64,000 nucleotides of DNA. Source: Anolis carolinensis (Eukaryota). A model generated the notes under the pieces. The model was not told where the DNA came from, searched no databases, and saw only the letters and a list, made by a program, of their open reading frames with translations. The translations under genes and the position numbers were made by a program. Shown piece by piece: positions 24,502 through 36,950 of the stretch; position 1 is the stretch's first letter, and every line of letters begins with the position of its first letter. The stretch is from assembly GCF_035594765.1 (NCBI RefSeq), contig NC_085841.1, forward strand, positions 116,793,574 through 116,857,573, written 5' to 3'.

Positions 24502-25630
24502 CTTGCGGTAACCTCTCAGCCACCTGACAAAATATAGCCCAGACCACGCACCGGTTAAGCCAGTGTTCTGTGTTTGTAATGATGTTGTCCAACTGTAGTG
24601 CTAAAGTGGCTCAGGTCCAAATTCTCTCTTCTGATGTGTTTGGGGATAGCAGCAGTCACACACTGCTATGCAATTTAGTTCATGACATGCTTTCCCCTGA
24701 ATGCTATGACTTCATCCATTCAGTTATGTCTCTTGTCAGAAGATAACACTTTAATTAACTGTTGAACTTTGCTGTCCCTTGCGCACTCTTTCCAATCCAA
24801 ATGTTCACAGTATCTATACAAAAGTGCTACATGATATCCTTGTTGTTTCAGGAGACTATGGTTGCTATTCACTGACTCCCCCCACACTGCTAAAGATAAG
24901 GATTATAAGCCTCTGACCAGTAAGGTTTGCAGGGAAGCAAACACAATGAAACCTGGCCCACTTACAGTCTGTTTACTATTATTGAGTTACATCTCTTATT
25001 AAATAATATCATGCCTTGTTTTAATTATAATCTTCTAAATTAGAAAAACATACATTGCAGTGGGATTATGACTGCTACTAGACTAACAATATCATGCTAG
25101 CTAATTAATTTCTATAATAATTTCACTATTTACTCATCATAAAGGATGAGTCTTTCTGTTAAGGTGCTGGATGACTTCATGAATAAATGTGTGTCACCCT
25201 TTTATCACTAATTATTTTGGTACAATGCATTGATTGGAATTTTTTTCAAGATGAGCATTACCCATTTTTAAATTTGTAATCCTGGGTTATTACATTTCAT
25301 GCTCATTGTCATTTCTACAAACTGCTCAGGCATTTTAATTTGCTTGAGAATCTGAGTCATGATGTTTTGTAAAGGCCAAGATTTTAGACAATATCTTTAA
25401 TCAGAATTTCTTAGTATCTTTTACAAATAATTTCCTTTCAGCTGCTCTCTCCTAGTTTTCTTTGAAAATTTTTGTTTTGGTTTCATCAGCTGGTTTCCAA
25501 GCAAACAAGATTATATGCTATCATGGATGAAGTTTCCTGCAACTGGTATCTGAGGACAGTGACAACTAACTGAGAAATCCTTGTTATTGCAACACAACTC
25601 CAAGAAAAGATGGAACAAATCTCCACCACC

Positions 25631-25658
25631 CCCTCCCTCCCTCCCTCCCTCCCTCCCT

Positions 25659-25716
<58 letters not shown>
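25631..25716. repeat. (CCCT)n(CT)n polypyrimidine microsatellite
   Basis: Read directly from the sequence. Confidence 0.97.
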
Positions 25717-25718
<2 letters not shown>

Positions 25719-26129
25719 ACAACTGCTGGAGTTCACTTCAGGGGTTACAGTCCGCCTATTAAGGGCATCCAGTCATCGATAGGGTCTTCGGATACTGTAA
25801 GCTTGGCTGCATAGCACACTGAAGCCAAAATCTAACAAAGTGTTGACTGAATTCCAGCTGGTGTCAACATATGATACATTAGTAAGCTTAGCTGTGCTAT
25901 CACCGTGCACAAACAAATGTGCATTTGTCCCTGCAACAGTCTTATTTCTCCTCTCACCCCAGAGGACAGAGTGTCATATTTATTTCAAACCTACTAAAGC
26001 AATCCAGTCCATAATCCTATGTGCCCTGACTTTGGAGTAAGTCCTCTTCAGCATAGTGGGACTGAGACCTGAGTAAATATCTACAGTACTGCATAATATG
26101 AAGCCATGATCAAATTCAAGTTTATGGCT

Positions 26130-26373
26130 ATCCAGACAATTTTGCCAGTGTAAATAAAAAATAGTTTTAACTGTTGTATCGTTGCCACTGTTATAGCGCT
26201 ATTATTCCACTTTAACTCCTATGGCCGTGTCCTGTGGAATCCTGGGGTTTGTCATTTAGTGAGGCCCAAGACCTCTTTGTCTCTCTCTAAATTGCAAAAC
26301 CCAGGATTTCATAGGATGTTGCCATGGTAGTTGAAATAAAATGTAGCACTATCATAGTGTAGTGGGATAAGGT
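26130..26373. mobile_element. palindromic Harbinger-like MITE (degenerate)
   Basis: Inverted arms atggccgtgtcctgtggaatcctgggg / cccaggatttcataggatgttgccat. Confidence 0.55.
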
Positions 26374-27126
26374 TTAAAGTAGTAAAGAGAAGTAAGATGT
26401 TTGACAGATGTATAATAGGACTATCCCTGATAACAACAGAATGAGGCAACTATGGAGTGACATACTGAAGGGTGACAGTGAAAGCCCTTCTCCATTCCAG
26501 GTGTTCCTCTTGAGCCCCCTAGCCTTTTTCCTTTCTTGGAAGACAGAATTGCATATGCCAAATGGCCTGTCCTCATCCCCTAAACTAGCATGATTCCTTC
26601 AGGTTTGGTAAAGGAGGCTAGCTAGGGGCCACTTTTTGGACAACTGTCAGTTCAATTGGCTTTTGTTGCCCATCTTTGCTAGTATTAACATTTCATTAGT
26701 CAGCCCAGGAAATGCTAGGTCATAGTCTTTTGGTTTGGATCAAGATGTGCATGAAAGGCTGAATACTATAGTATAGGCTTATCATGATTTGGCACCACTA
26801 TAACTGCCATGTCTCTATGCTATGGACTACATTAATTTTACAATGTAGATGCACTGTATATATAAGAGATTGAACGGAAAGTGAGAGAACATTATATCTC
26901 ACTACTCTCAACTTCATCCCTGATATAGCTGTAACATTTCAGCAATGATGTCTTTGAAAGATTAAATATACACATGTGGAAATGCTAAGAGTAGAATCAC
27001 ACCAAGTGTGTCCAACCTCCACAACCTTCCTCATAATAAGGAATATCTATGATGGTGAGACAGTCAAAGAATGAAAGACTCTGTTTTTATTATGTGCCTT
27101 CAAGTTATGCATTCAAGACGCTAAAG

Positions 27127-27247
27127 CAGTGGTTCTCAAGATGTTTTGGTCTTCAACTCCCAGAACTCCTAACAGCTGGTAAATTGGCTGGGATTTCTGG
27201 GGGTTGTAGGCCAAAACACTTGGGAACCCACAGGTTGAGAACCACTG
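27127..27247. mobile_element. palindromic hAT MITE (family B)
   Basis: TIRs cagtggttctcaa / ttgagaaccactg, with an 8-bp TSD cgctaaag / ccctaaag (7/8). Confidence 0.85.
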
Positions 27248-28380
27248 CCCTAAAGTATTATGAGGTTTTCATGCTCCCTCTTCTCACATATTGATTCAAA
27301 GCATTAGATAATGATTGAAGTGATAGGGTGGAGGAAAGAGAGTTTTAAAACAGAGAATGGGCCTGATAACAAGAACTTCTTTCTGTGGTTAAGACAGAAA
27401 TGGATCAGATAAATTGGAAGAACTATTAAAAAGGTCCTCAAAACAATTTGATGTGTGTATATTCCTGAAATAAACACCGCTATACAATTGGGCAGTTAGC
27501 AGGTACAAGATAAAGAGAAGAGCCATTTCTGGGAGTGACATGCACATAAGACCTGGATCAAGATCTTCAAATAGTTCCTAAGGAATTTAGTTTCTTGGTT
27601 ATGCTAGGAGTTAGAAAACTTCCCAATAACTTAATAGTCCTCTTTTGTCTGGCATCCTTTCCGACAAATTTGGAAAGAATCCTGGAGCAACAAGAAACTC
27701 CAGTAAACTGGGCCCGTTAACCATGTAAGAACAGGATATATAATCTCACAAATTTTATTTGTGGGATTCAGCATACCATAAAGTGGTAGATATTTTCCTG
27801 AGCTGTGCCTCTTTTTTTAGGGGTGGGTAGGCTTATTATAGCATTCATTTTAATTTGAATTCCATAATATCTCCACATAAAGGCACATTCTGCACTCAGA
27901 CTGGTATTTTTCTTGGTTTATTTATGAGCACATAAAATATGGCTTCCTGAGCATAATCTATGTGAGCTTTGGTTTGGGGTTATTTAAAAAAAAGAAAAGA
28001 AACTCCACCCAATTCATAAGCACAACATGAAAAATAATTCCTCTGGTTCCTGCACCCACCCACAGCACTGTTTAGAAATGGCTTAGGCCAAAGGTCATGA
28101 CAAAGTGTAGTTTTAAGTATCAGATTGCCAGATGTGTGCCTCTGCTTTTGCTTTCAAATTTAAGAGGAAATGTATAGCTAATCCAGAGAGAGCAGGTTGA
28201 AAAGGTTTCAGCTTTGATTGGGGCAGCTATCATCCATTGGTAAACACCCAAACAAATGTAGCATAGGCTAGTAAAAGGAACTGGAATCAACAGAAATCCC
28301 TTACATCTTGTGACCAAACAAATTGTCCAGAGTGGAAGCACATCCATAGACAGACCTAACTAAAATTTGAATGTAACTTG

Positions 28381-28566
28381 AGGTGCATCTATATCTCTTT
28401 AACGGCAGTGGCTCAATGCTATAGAATACTGGGTAGTTTGTTGAGGCACCAGCACTTGCTGGCTGAGAAGACTAAAAAACTTGTGAAACTTCCATGATGC
28501 CATAGCACTGAGCCTTGGCAGTGGAAGTGATATCAGAGTGCATACATTCTACAGTAATGGACTCCT
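28381..28566. mobile_element. palindromic Harbinger-like MITE (family C)
   Basis: Begins ggtgcatct, with arms ggctcaatgctat / atagcactgagcc. Related to 46301-46478 and about 26785-26855. Confidence 0.6.
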
Positions 28567-28668
28567 AAACTAGAAACCTGTCCATGATGATGAAAGAATG
28601 GTTGTACACAGAGTAGCTTTCCCTCAACTTAACACACACCACACATACATCTCATTCTATGGAATGAC

Positions 28669-28671
<3 letters not shown>

Positions 28672-28714
<43 letters not shown>

Positions 28715-29300
28715 TTATTCTTGTACCCCGCCCCATCTCCCCGAAGGGACTCAGGGCGGCTCACATGGGGCCTTGCCCAACATCACAATATAAAATCAAA
28801 ACAAAAACACAAATTTACAACAATAAATCAACAATATCGGTAAAACAATCGAAAAGGACAATCTTACAAGATAAAATGTTAAAACAGGTATATCAAACAC
28901 AAGTCTGGGCCGAAAGGTGAATGTGTCAAATCGGGAGGAGATAGTCAATAAAGTACTATAAATGACAATAGTGACAATAAAAGGGCAGATCAGTGGGTCT
29001 ATTATTACATAGGCAGGCATCTTAAACCAACAAAAGTCACTCATCAAAGGCTTTCCGGAAAAGCCAGGTTTTCAGATTCTTCTGGAAGGAGAGGAGGGTG
29101 GGGGCCAGCCTAATCTCCCTAGGGAGTAGGTTCCAAAGCTGGGGGGCCACGACAGAGAAGGCCCTCTCTCTCGTCCCCACCAACCGCGCCTGCGAGGGTG
29201 GTGGGAGCGAGAGGAGGGCCTCCCCCGACGAGCGAAGAGATCGTGCGGGTTCATAGGGGGAAATGCGGTCTCTAAGGTAGGCGGGTCCCAAACCGTTTAG
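28672..29300 (-). mobile_element. L2-clade LINE 3' fragment with (AAT)n tail
   Basis: ORF 29037-29291 reads GPAYLRDRISPYEPARSLRSS..RAFSVVAPQLWN.LP.EIR..F.KNLKTWLF. CpG-rich, so probably young. Confidence 0.9.
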
Positions 29301-30229
29301 TTCCCACCATCTCCAGGTGTCTGCGGTTGATGAGGGTTGTAGTTCCTAACATTTGGAGGGTGCCAAACTGCAGAAGACTAGCATAAATTAGATAGCCATG
29401 GAGGATGATAACTATAGTTCCTCTCATATGGAGGATGCCAAATTGAGGAATGACAGCACAGTTTGTTTAACAGCAAAATATTGCCATTCCCTTCAAGACA
29501 AATGATTTTAGACATGGTGGAGGCCCAATACATTTGCCATTGATTGCCTGTAGCGAAGCTGAATGACACTCTCACCTCAGCTCATGTGGTGGAAACCCAC
29601 TACACTCCTCATTTATTGTCTGTAGCATTGTTGAATGGGCACTCCCACTTCAGCTCATGTGGTGGAGGACCACTTGGCCAGGAAAGTCACACAAGGCAAA
29701 ACAACAATCAATGTAGTAAAACATTTTGTTTTGCTTTGTAAGGATTGCCTCTGCCTTTTTGAAGCTGAGAGAGTGTGACTCAAGGTCAAGAGAGTGTGGC
29801 TTGCTTAAGAGACTTTATTAATAACTTGTTTAAGGGTGATTTCCTGCATCATCCTCTGAGGCTGAGAGACTATGACCAAAGTCAAGAAAGTGGGTCATTT
29901 CGATAATTCCTGACTAATAATTAGAGCTCACAAAAATGACTGACAACCACAATGATGTAATAGTATTGTGTAGCTGATCAGATTTGTCTGTGTGACAATG
30001 GCAACAAAGCACTTTTTGTTTGTGTGATATACAGTACATGTTATCCTAGGCAATCAAGACTTAGGTGAAGTTGATGATGTCAAAACAATGTGCAAGCAAT
30101 CAGCGTGATATCACTATATAGTGATGTGACAGAGAACATAAGGCCAGTTAAGAAGGTCAACCCATCTGATTGTATATTCTTGTTCCTTCTGGTTGTTGAG
30201 ATTGTTTCTTATGGTCTTCACTGTTCTAC

Positions 30230-30376
30230 TAGTTGTATAGGTTCTTAATTTTGTTTTAATAATGTGTGTATTGTGCTACTTATGTAATGTATGTTACTGT
30301 TTTTATGCTTATAAACCACCCTGAGTCCCTCCGGGGAGAAAGGGCGGTATATAAATAAAGTTTTACTTACTCATTT
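30230..30376 (+). mobile_element. L2-type 3' tail
   Basis: accaccctgagtccctccggggagaagggcggtatataaataaag. Confidence 0.65.
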
Positions 30377-30470
30377 ACCTAAGAAGGATCAGTGTAGTGA
30401 TTGAGTGAACAGGTGTTGCTGAAAAAGTATGAAATGGGGGGATTTTTAAGTTGTTATTATTACTGTTATT

Positions 30471-30798
30471 AAAGGTAAAGGTTTCCCCTGACATTAAGTC
30501 TAGTCATGTCCGAATCTGGGGGTTGGTGCTCATCTCCATTTCTAAGCCGAAGACCTGGTGTTGTCCGTAGACACCTCCAAGGTCATGTGGCTGGCATGAC
30601 TGCATGGAACGCTGTTACCTTCCCGCAAAAGCGGTACCTGTTAAGCTACTCACATTTGCATGTTTTCAGATTGCTAGGTTGGCAGATGCTGGGGCTAATA
30701 GCAGGAGCTAACTCCGCTCCCCAGATTCGAACCTCCAACCTTTCGGTCAGCAAGTTCAACAGCTCAGCAGTTTAACTCGCTATGCGACCGGGGGCTCC
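30471..30798 (-). mobile_element. Sauria SINE
   Basis: (aaaggt)n tail and conserved core ggtgctcatctccatttctaagccgaaga..catgactgcatgg. Flanks tattactgttatt / tattactattatt. Confidence 0.92.
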
Positions 30799-32076
30799 AT
30801 ATTACTATTATTACAGCTCACATATCAATATATCAATATTAGCTCACCCCCGCTTAACAGAAAAGTATGTATATTCATATGCATGATGGGAAGCAACAAC
30901 AAAAAGGCCCATGGCTATGTGGCTAAAAATAATGCAAAGGACTACAAATACAGATTACCCTCTAGTAGCAAAATGAGTTTGCCAAGGGAAAATATGTGAC
31001 TACTTACAATGATCTCAACACAATGTGTGTGATGTTAACTAGTTCATGACAGGGTCCTTGGAGACCAGGAAAATGCAGATTTTTTTCACCCATTTAGACA
31101 AACCCTGGATTATAGCTTCCAAGTCATCTGATTAGAGAATATACATCTTTATGAAATGAAAAAAGGAATTTCAGTTCAACTCTGCTTTTGACCCATGTCT
31201 ACCGGAAATTTTATAATGCTGGAGCTACATAGATAAGGGAGGACATGGATGGTCTAAAAATATGATATACGTGATGTTCCTTCAATATGCTTATTGAAGT
31301 GATTAATTTATAAAACAGAAGATTCTATACCTTTAATGTATATAAAAGGGGCTACATTTTATTATAACAATTCCATAGCCTGCAAACATATGGATTTGAA
31401 ATGAAAGCACAAACCTTTCCCCACATCCAGTTCAATCCAAAGCCTCAACATATTATGACCTTTTTTGGGGGGGCCACACAGTATCTCCTTCTCATATGCT
31501 TAGCTAACATTCACGTGGGATGCCAAGTTTCATTTTCATCTTGGACTGATGTTGTGCATACTCTGTTAGTTACACAATGCATGTTTATGTCACAGTGCCC
31601 GGGCAGTAATTTTTTTTTTCCTTTTCAGGAAAACATCAGGCCAGAAATACGTGGTGCTGGAAAAAGACACTAACACCCACTGGAATATGTTTTGAGTTAC
31701 TTTTTATTGTACATCATGTCTGAAAGGATGCATTCTGTAAGCAGAACAGTACTTCATAGATGCCTGAAGGAGAAGACTGCATTGATGCTGTTGGGACGTA
31801 ACCATCCTTAGGCCCATAAACAGCTTCTTAAGTCTTTCCACAGAGGCCAAAACAGCTGAAAATAACCCAGTAGCAAAATGTCTCCATTTGCTTTAATATC
31901 TTTTTTTAATTGACAAAAATGTTGTTGCAGTCACTTTACCAGAGAATGGTAAAGTGGGTAATCCATACCCCTCTTGCAGAATGAAGAAAGGGTACAAGAG
32001 GTTGTGTTAGACAGGGCAAAAACTTCTGTAGTTTTAACAAGAACAACACTGAATAATAAATTAGCTGCTAGCTAAG

Positions 32077-32402
32077 AACCCCCTGGTATTTCAGTGGGTT
32101 AAACTGCTGAGCTGCTAAACTTGCTGACTGAAAGGTCAGCGGTTGAAATCCAGAGTGAGCTCCTGTTGTTAGCCCCAGTATCTGCCAACCTAGCAGTTCG
32201 AAAACATGCAAATATGAGTAGATCAATAGGTACTGCTCTGGTTGGAAGGTAACGGTGCTCCATGCAATTATGCTGACCACATGACCTTGAGGTGTCTACA
32301 GACAATGCTAGCTCTTTATCTTAAAATTGGAGATGAGCACCAAGCCCCAGAGATGGACTTGACTAGACTTAATGTCAGGGGGAAATCTTTACTTTTACCT
32401 TA
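32077..32402 (+). mobile_element. Sauria SINE
   Basis: tRNA-like head, core ctgccaacctagcagttcgaaaacatgc, and (acctt) tail. tagctaa occurs on both flanks. Confidence 0.92.
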
Positions 32403-32784
32403 GCTAAAAGCATTTATTGTACCTCCAAAAACTCGTGTTGAAAGAAACTTGCTGGTCTTTAAGATGCTAAAATATCTTTTTGTTCCTTCCTCCCTTGTTT
32501 TATACAGAAACAGACTAACATTGCTATCACTTGGCAGAGGGAACATTCCGTGTGAACACTCTTGTTCTTCAGAAGGAAACTGGGAAGATTTTTGCTTTAT
32601 ACAAACTGTCAGTTTTAGCCTGCATTTTATTGGTGTTGGTGTCAGTCTTGTGTGTATTTTGGTATATGCACTTTAATAGTGTTGTGTTTTATCTCTCTGT
32701 TTTGACTGTATTATAACCCGCCTCGAGTCACAAGCAGAGGTGAGTAACAAAGTGCTTGTTGTTGTTGTTGTTGTTGTTGTATTT

Positions 32785-33505
32785 TAAGACTTGTGTGCCA
32801 GTTGTGACCATACCTTGAGAAGTCTGACTTGGTCGCAGTGGTCCACGCATTGGTTACATCAAGGCTGGACTACTGCAACGCATTTTATGTGGAGCTGCCT
32901 TTGAAGATGGCCTGGAAAATGCAACTGGTACAAAGGTCAGCAGCTAGGTTGCTAACAGGAGCTAAGTTACAGGGAGAGAATGAAAACTCTATTGAAGCAG
33001 CTCCACTGGCTGCCAATAACTTTCCCGTCCCATTTCAAAGTGCAGGCTATGACCTATAAAGCCCTAAATGGTTTGGGTCCTGCTTTGAGTTCGGGTGATC
33101 GTATCTCCTCCTACAAACCAGCACAAGCACTAAGACCTGCTGGGGAGGCTCTTCTCTCGCTCCTGCCACTGTCTCAGGCATAGTTGGTGGGTACGAGGGA
33201 GAGGGCCAAATTTATTTATTGTCCCGGCTTCCAGCACTTTATTCCCACTCCTGGTCCTATTGTCCTGCATTTTGCACAAGCCCTGCCCTTCCCATATAAT
33301 TCTCAATAGTCCCACTTTCAGTCTCTGATGTTTTTAGATGTGTTTTAATATGTTTTATTCCTTGAATTGCTTAATGGTTTTAATTTATATTGTTCTGACT
33401 ATGTTTTAATTCTTGTATTTTGAATTCCTTGTTTTTGTGGCTTGGTCCCCATATAAGTCACCCCGAGTGCCTTCGGGGAGATGGAAGTGAGTTATAAGAA
33501 TAAAT

Positions 33506-33552
<47 letters not shown>

Positions 33553-33553
33553 G
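32785..33553 (+). mobile_element. L2-clade LINE 3' fragment with (TTG)n tail
   Basis: ORFs 32829 and 32980 read VVHALVTSRLDYCNA..LKQLHWLP..TYKALNGLGP. Another L2 tail precedes it at about 32620-32780. Confidence 0.88.
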
Positions 33554-36500
33554 AATGAAAGAGCAGATAAGGCCTAGATATTCATGATAGAACTTTTATG
33601 CTAAATCTCTCTGATGCCAGATTTTAGGTAATTCCTCTGTGAACAATTTATACCTCGCCAGTCATGGCAAAAGGAGGATTTGATATTGTGCAACATGGAT
33701 CCCAACAGGGTGATATGGGATTCACCTGCTGACAGTAGTATGCTTATGACATTATTGGCCCTTGTAACACATCTATTCATTGAATTCTGGTACAATTCTA
33801 ACATATCTAGTCAGAAATAAGTCTTATTGAATACAGTGGAATTTCCCCTGGGAGTTTACTTTTGAAGAGGCATTTATGTTTGCAGTGTTTGAGCCTGCCC
33901 AAACATTTCTGGTAAGCTTTCTGTTCAATAGGACATTTCCTGATGCATTTATATGTGGGATTCTAATCCTATTATTGATTTGAACTCTCCTCTTCCTTTT
34001 GTCAGGTTCTGCAGAAGCTGTAGTTACACATTTTTTGCTTTTGGCAGCTAAGTCTGTCCGATTAAGCTTAATTCATTTATCAAGTGCATTAAGTGTTTTT
34101 TAGTTGCTGATGAGCATAAATGAGATACGCTAAAGTTCATGTACACTTTATTTCTTTTATATGAGCAACCCCCGAAAAAAGATCCATTTTTGAAATCCTC
34201 TATATCTTAGAAAGATAAACTCAGGCTCTCATAAATAAGAACAGCTCTATTTGTTTTAATGACTTATTAGAGTCTGAAAAGATTTGTTGAGCTTAGGCTG
34301 AAGCTTGATAATATTCCAGTATGCTAAAAATTCACAATCAGACACATCATTTTTTCCCACATAAAAGAGCAATTACCTCATGTTTTTATAGCATTTGACA
34401 AATGATTAGATTTTAGCACTACAGGCATATCTTAAGGTTTCAGCTCATTTCAGCCGCTTTCAATGGAGAAAGACATTCTTTGACTTTCCCTTAACTTGCT
34501 TTCACTTATCAGTCTGTAGAAAGTTCACTCCCAACACTGGTGCTGGGTATGAAATACAGACCTACCCAAATAGTTAGAGGGGAGTGATTTTCATTGGAAG
34601 ATAAATTACTCCATAGACCTGTCTCTTTGGATTGGTGGGATGATTCCTGTATCCCGAGTTGTCTTAACTCCTCACTGCTTGATAAGGTGTTCGGATGTTC
34701 TTGAGAAAAATGCCAAGCAACGTCAAATGACCATTCCCAGGATGGCTTCCAGCCCAGGTTTGGACAGGCCAGGATATCACAGATTGAGAGCAGGAAGGGA
34801 GAAGGAGAGGTACTGGAAAAGTTAAAACTTGTGGATGACAGCTATTTGGCAGGCAGAGATAGATCTAAGTCTTAAATATAGGGAAAAATCTGTCAAAAGA
34901 AGACTGACACCGTCAGGATACATTAATAAATAAATATAAAACCCTCAAGTGATCTGTGCCAATATAAATTGTATCATCAGTCCAACATTTTTAATGAATT
35001 AATTCCATGTTTATCTCAGCTGAGTGAAACTCATCAAGAGTTCTTGCTCTATCAAGAACCACATTTACCAATGACAATTCCAAAGGACTTGGGCCATGTC
35101 TACAATGGGAAGGTTACTTTGGTGTAAATCTGGCCCAGAGCAGCTCTGGATCCAGCACATAAATGCTAAATACAAGTCACATGTCCAGACAGGCTGGGAC
35201 TACATCGAATCCACTGGACTGTCACCTCATTTTCTTTGTTGCCACCACTGCTCCTTGCTGACCACAGAGCTCCATGCAAGCACCTGGCAATTGGCTATCA
35301 TGAAATCAGAATTGGGCATCACATGATCAGCAAGAAATCATCAAGCCGTTTCCTTCTTTTGCATTGGACAAGGTATTGGTCCAAAATGGACTTAATTCAG
35401 CTGTCTGGACTATAGCGAAGCCTTGGAAACTTCAGAGTGTCCTCCAATTCTGCCTAAAGCAAGGCAAAATGAGATTAAACACCAAAAAACTAGGATATTC
35501 ACCAGAATATGCTATCATGGAGAAAGACAGCAATGGATTTACAATGCGACTTGGATTTTTTAACCAGCCTAGACAAGCCCTTGGAACCTGGATGTCTTAT
35601 TTTCTTGTCACTCAATTTGGAAATCTTACTTTAACCAAAGAGGTAACAGAGAGCCACACCTCACATAATAGTGAGAAATTCTGAGATCAGTAGCTCATAC
35701 TTGCTGTAATGGTTGTGATATCTTAAGTTCAAAGAAGTAATATTTCAAAGCCCTGAGATGTCTAGGCCATATTACAAAAGTAACTAGATCATAGTGTCCT
35801 GCCAAGTAATTATATCATAACAAGAAGAAGATGCCTACATCTTGAGACTCTGGGTTGTTAATTACTGCATATATGGTTGAACTGAAGGCACAAGAAGCTG
35901 TGGAGAAGATATATCCTACATTTTAGAAAGAAAATCACATCGGTAATGCAGAATTGTATATATCCAAGTAATATCCTATGACTGTCAATTTCTATATAAA
36001 GTTTTGTGTGTGAAAGAGTGTTATTTACTTCTGCTCTGGAACACATCCCAAATTGTTCACAGAAGTATGATTCCTTTGGGAATTGGGAAATGTACTATTG
36101 ATGTCACAAGCACTGTCTTTATCATAGTTTCTTCATACTCTGAAACCAAATGGTTACTCTATTCAGTTGAGGGTAGAAAAGTGTAATTTTTCATAGCCAC
36201 TCTCTCAAAAACAGATCTTCAGCACATAAAAAGCAATCATTATTTCTATCTTCATCCTAAGATTGAACTAAAAACTTAGGCTTTTTGGAAGTTTATACTT
36301 AATTTTACCAGTCTGAGAAGCAACAGAAATTAATGGCATGTTATGAATGGATCTTTGTACTTTGGTCCGTAATGTCATCCTCTTTTCAATATACTCCGTC
36401 ATGCTTTCATGAAATTTAGACACGTGGATCTAAATCATTCTGGCCAAAACAAGATAGGTTGTGTCTGAGAAAGCTTTTCCAAATATCTTTGTTTTTCTTA

Positions 36501-36875
36501 TATCCATGATTGACTGAAAAACATGTTGGCCATCCTCCTCTGCTCTTATCTAAATCTTGAGAATATAGAGTGTGCTTAAAACAAAATCTTTGAGGCCTAT
36601 TAGATTCAAGGTTTTGCATCACAAATCAGTAGATCGGTTTCCCATAAAATATAGTTTACTTGCAGAGATCCCAGAGGAAGCTATTCAATATTTAGGATGT
36701 GTAGGCAGAACTGAGATTGAAGAATCATATGATGAATCATCATAAGAGTTCTCTCACCTTTTGACACCTTGCTTTATTTAACTCACTCTTTCAATACTTG
36801 TGAATAACAGACAAGTTCCATTAATTTGATGAGGGGTCCATTCTTTTGTCAGTTCTTTTTGCCTGAAAGGGTCAA

Positions 36876-36950
36876 AGAACCATCGAATCATAGAATTGGA
36901 AGAGACCACAAGTACCACCCAATCTAACTTGCTTTGGCCATGCAAGAAAA
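36876..36950 (-). mobile_element. CR1 3' end
   Basis: The catcgaatcatagaat octamer-type tail followed by tggaagagaccaca..cccaatctaac. Confidence 0.6.

Noticed and set aside
30110-30125. 16-bp perfect palindrome atcactatatagtgat
   Set aside because: Isolated, AT-rich and probably a MITE remnant, with no supporting context.
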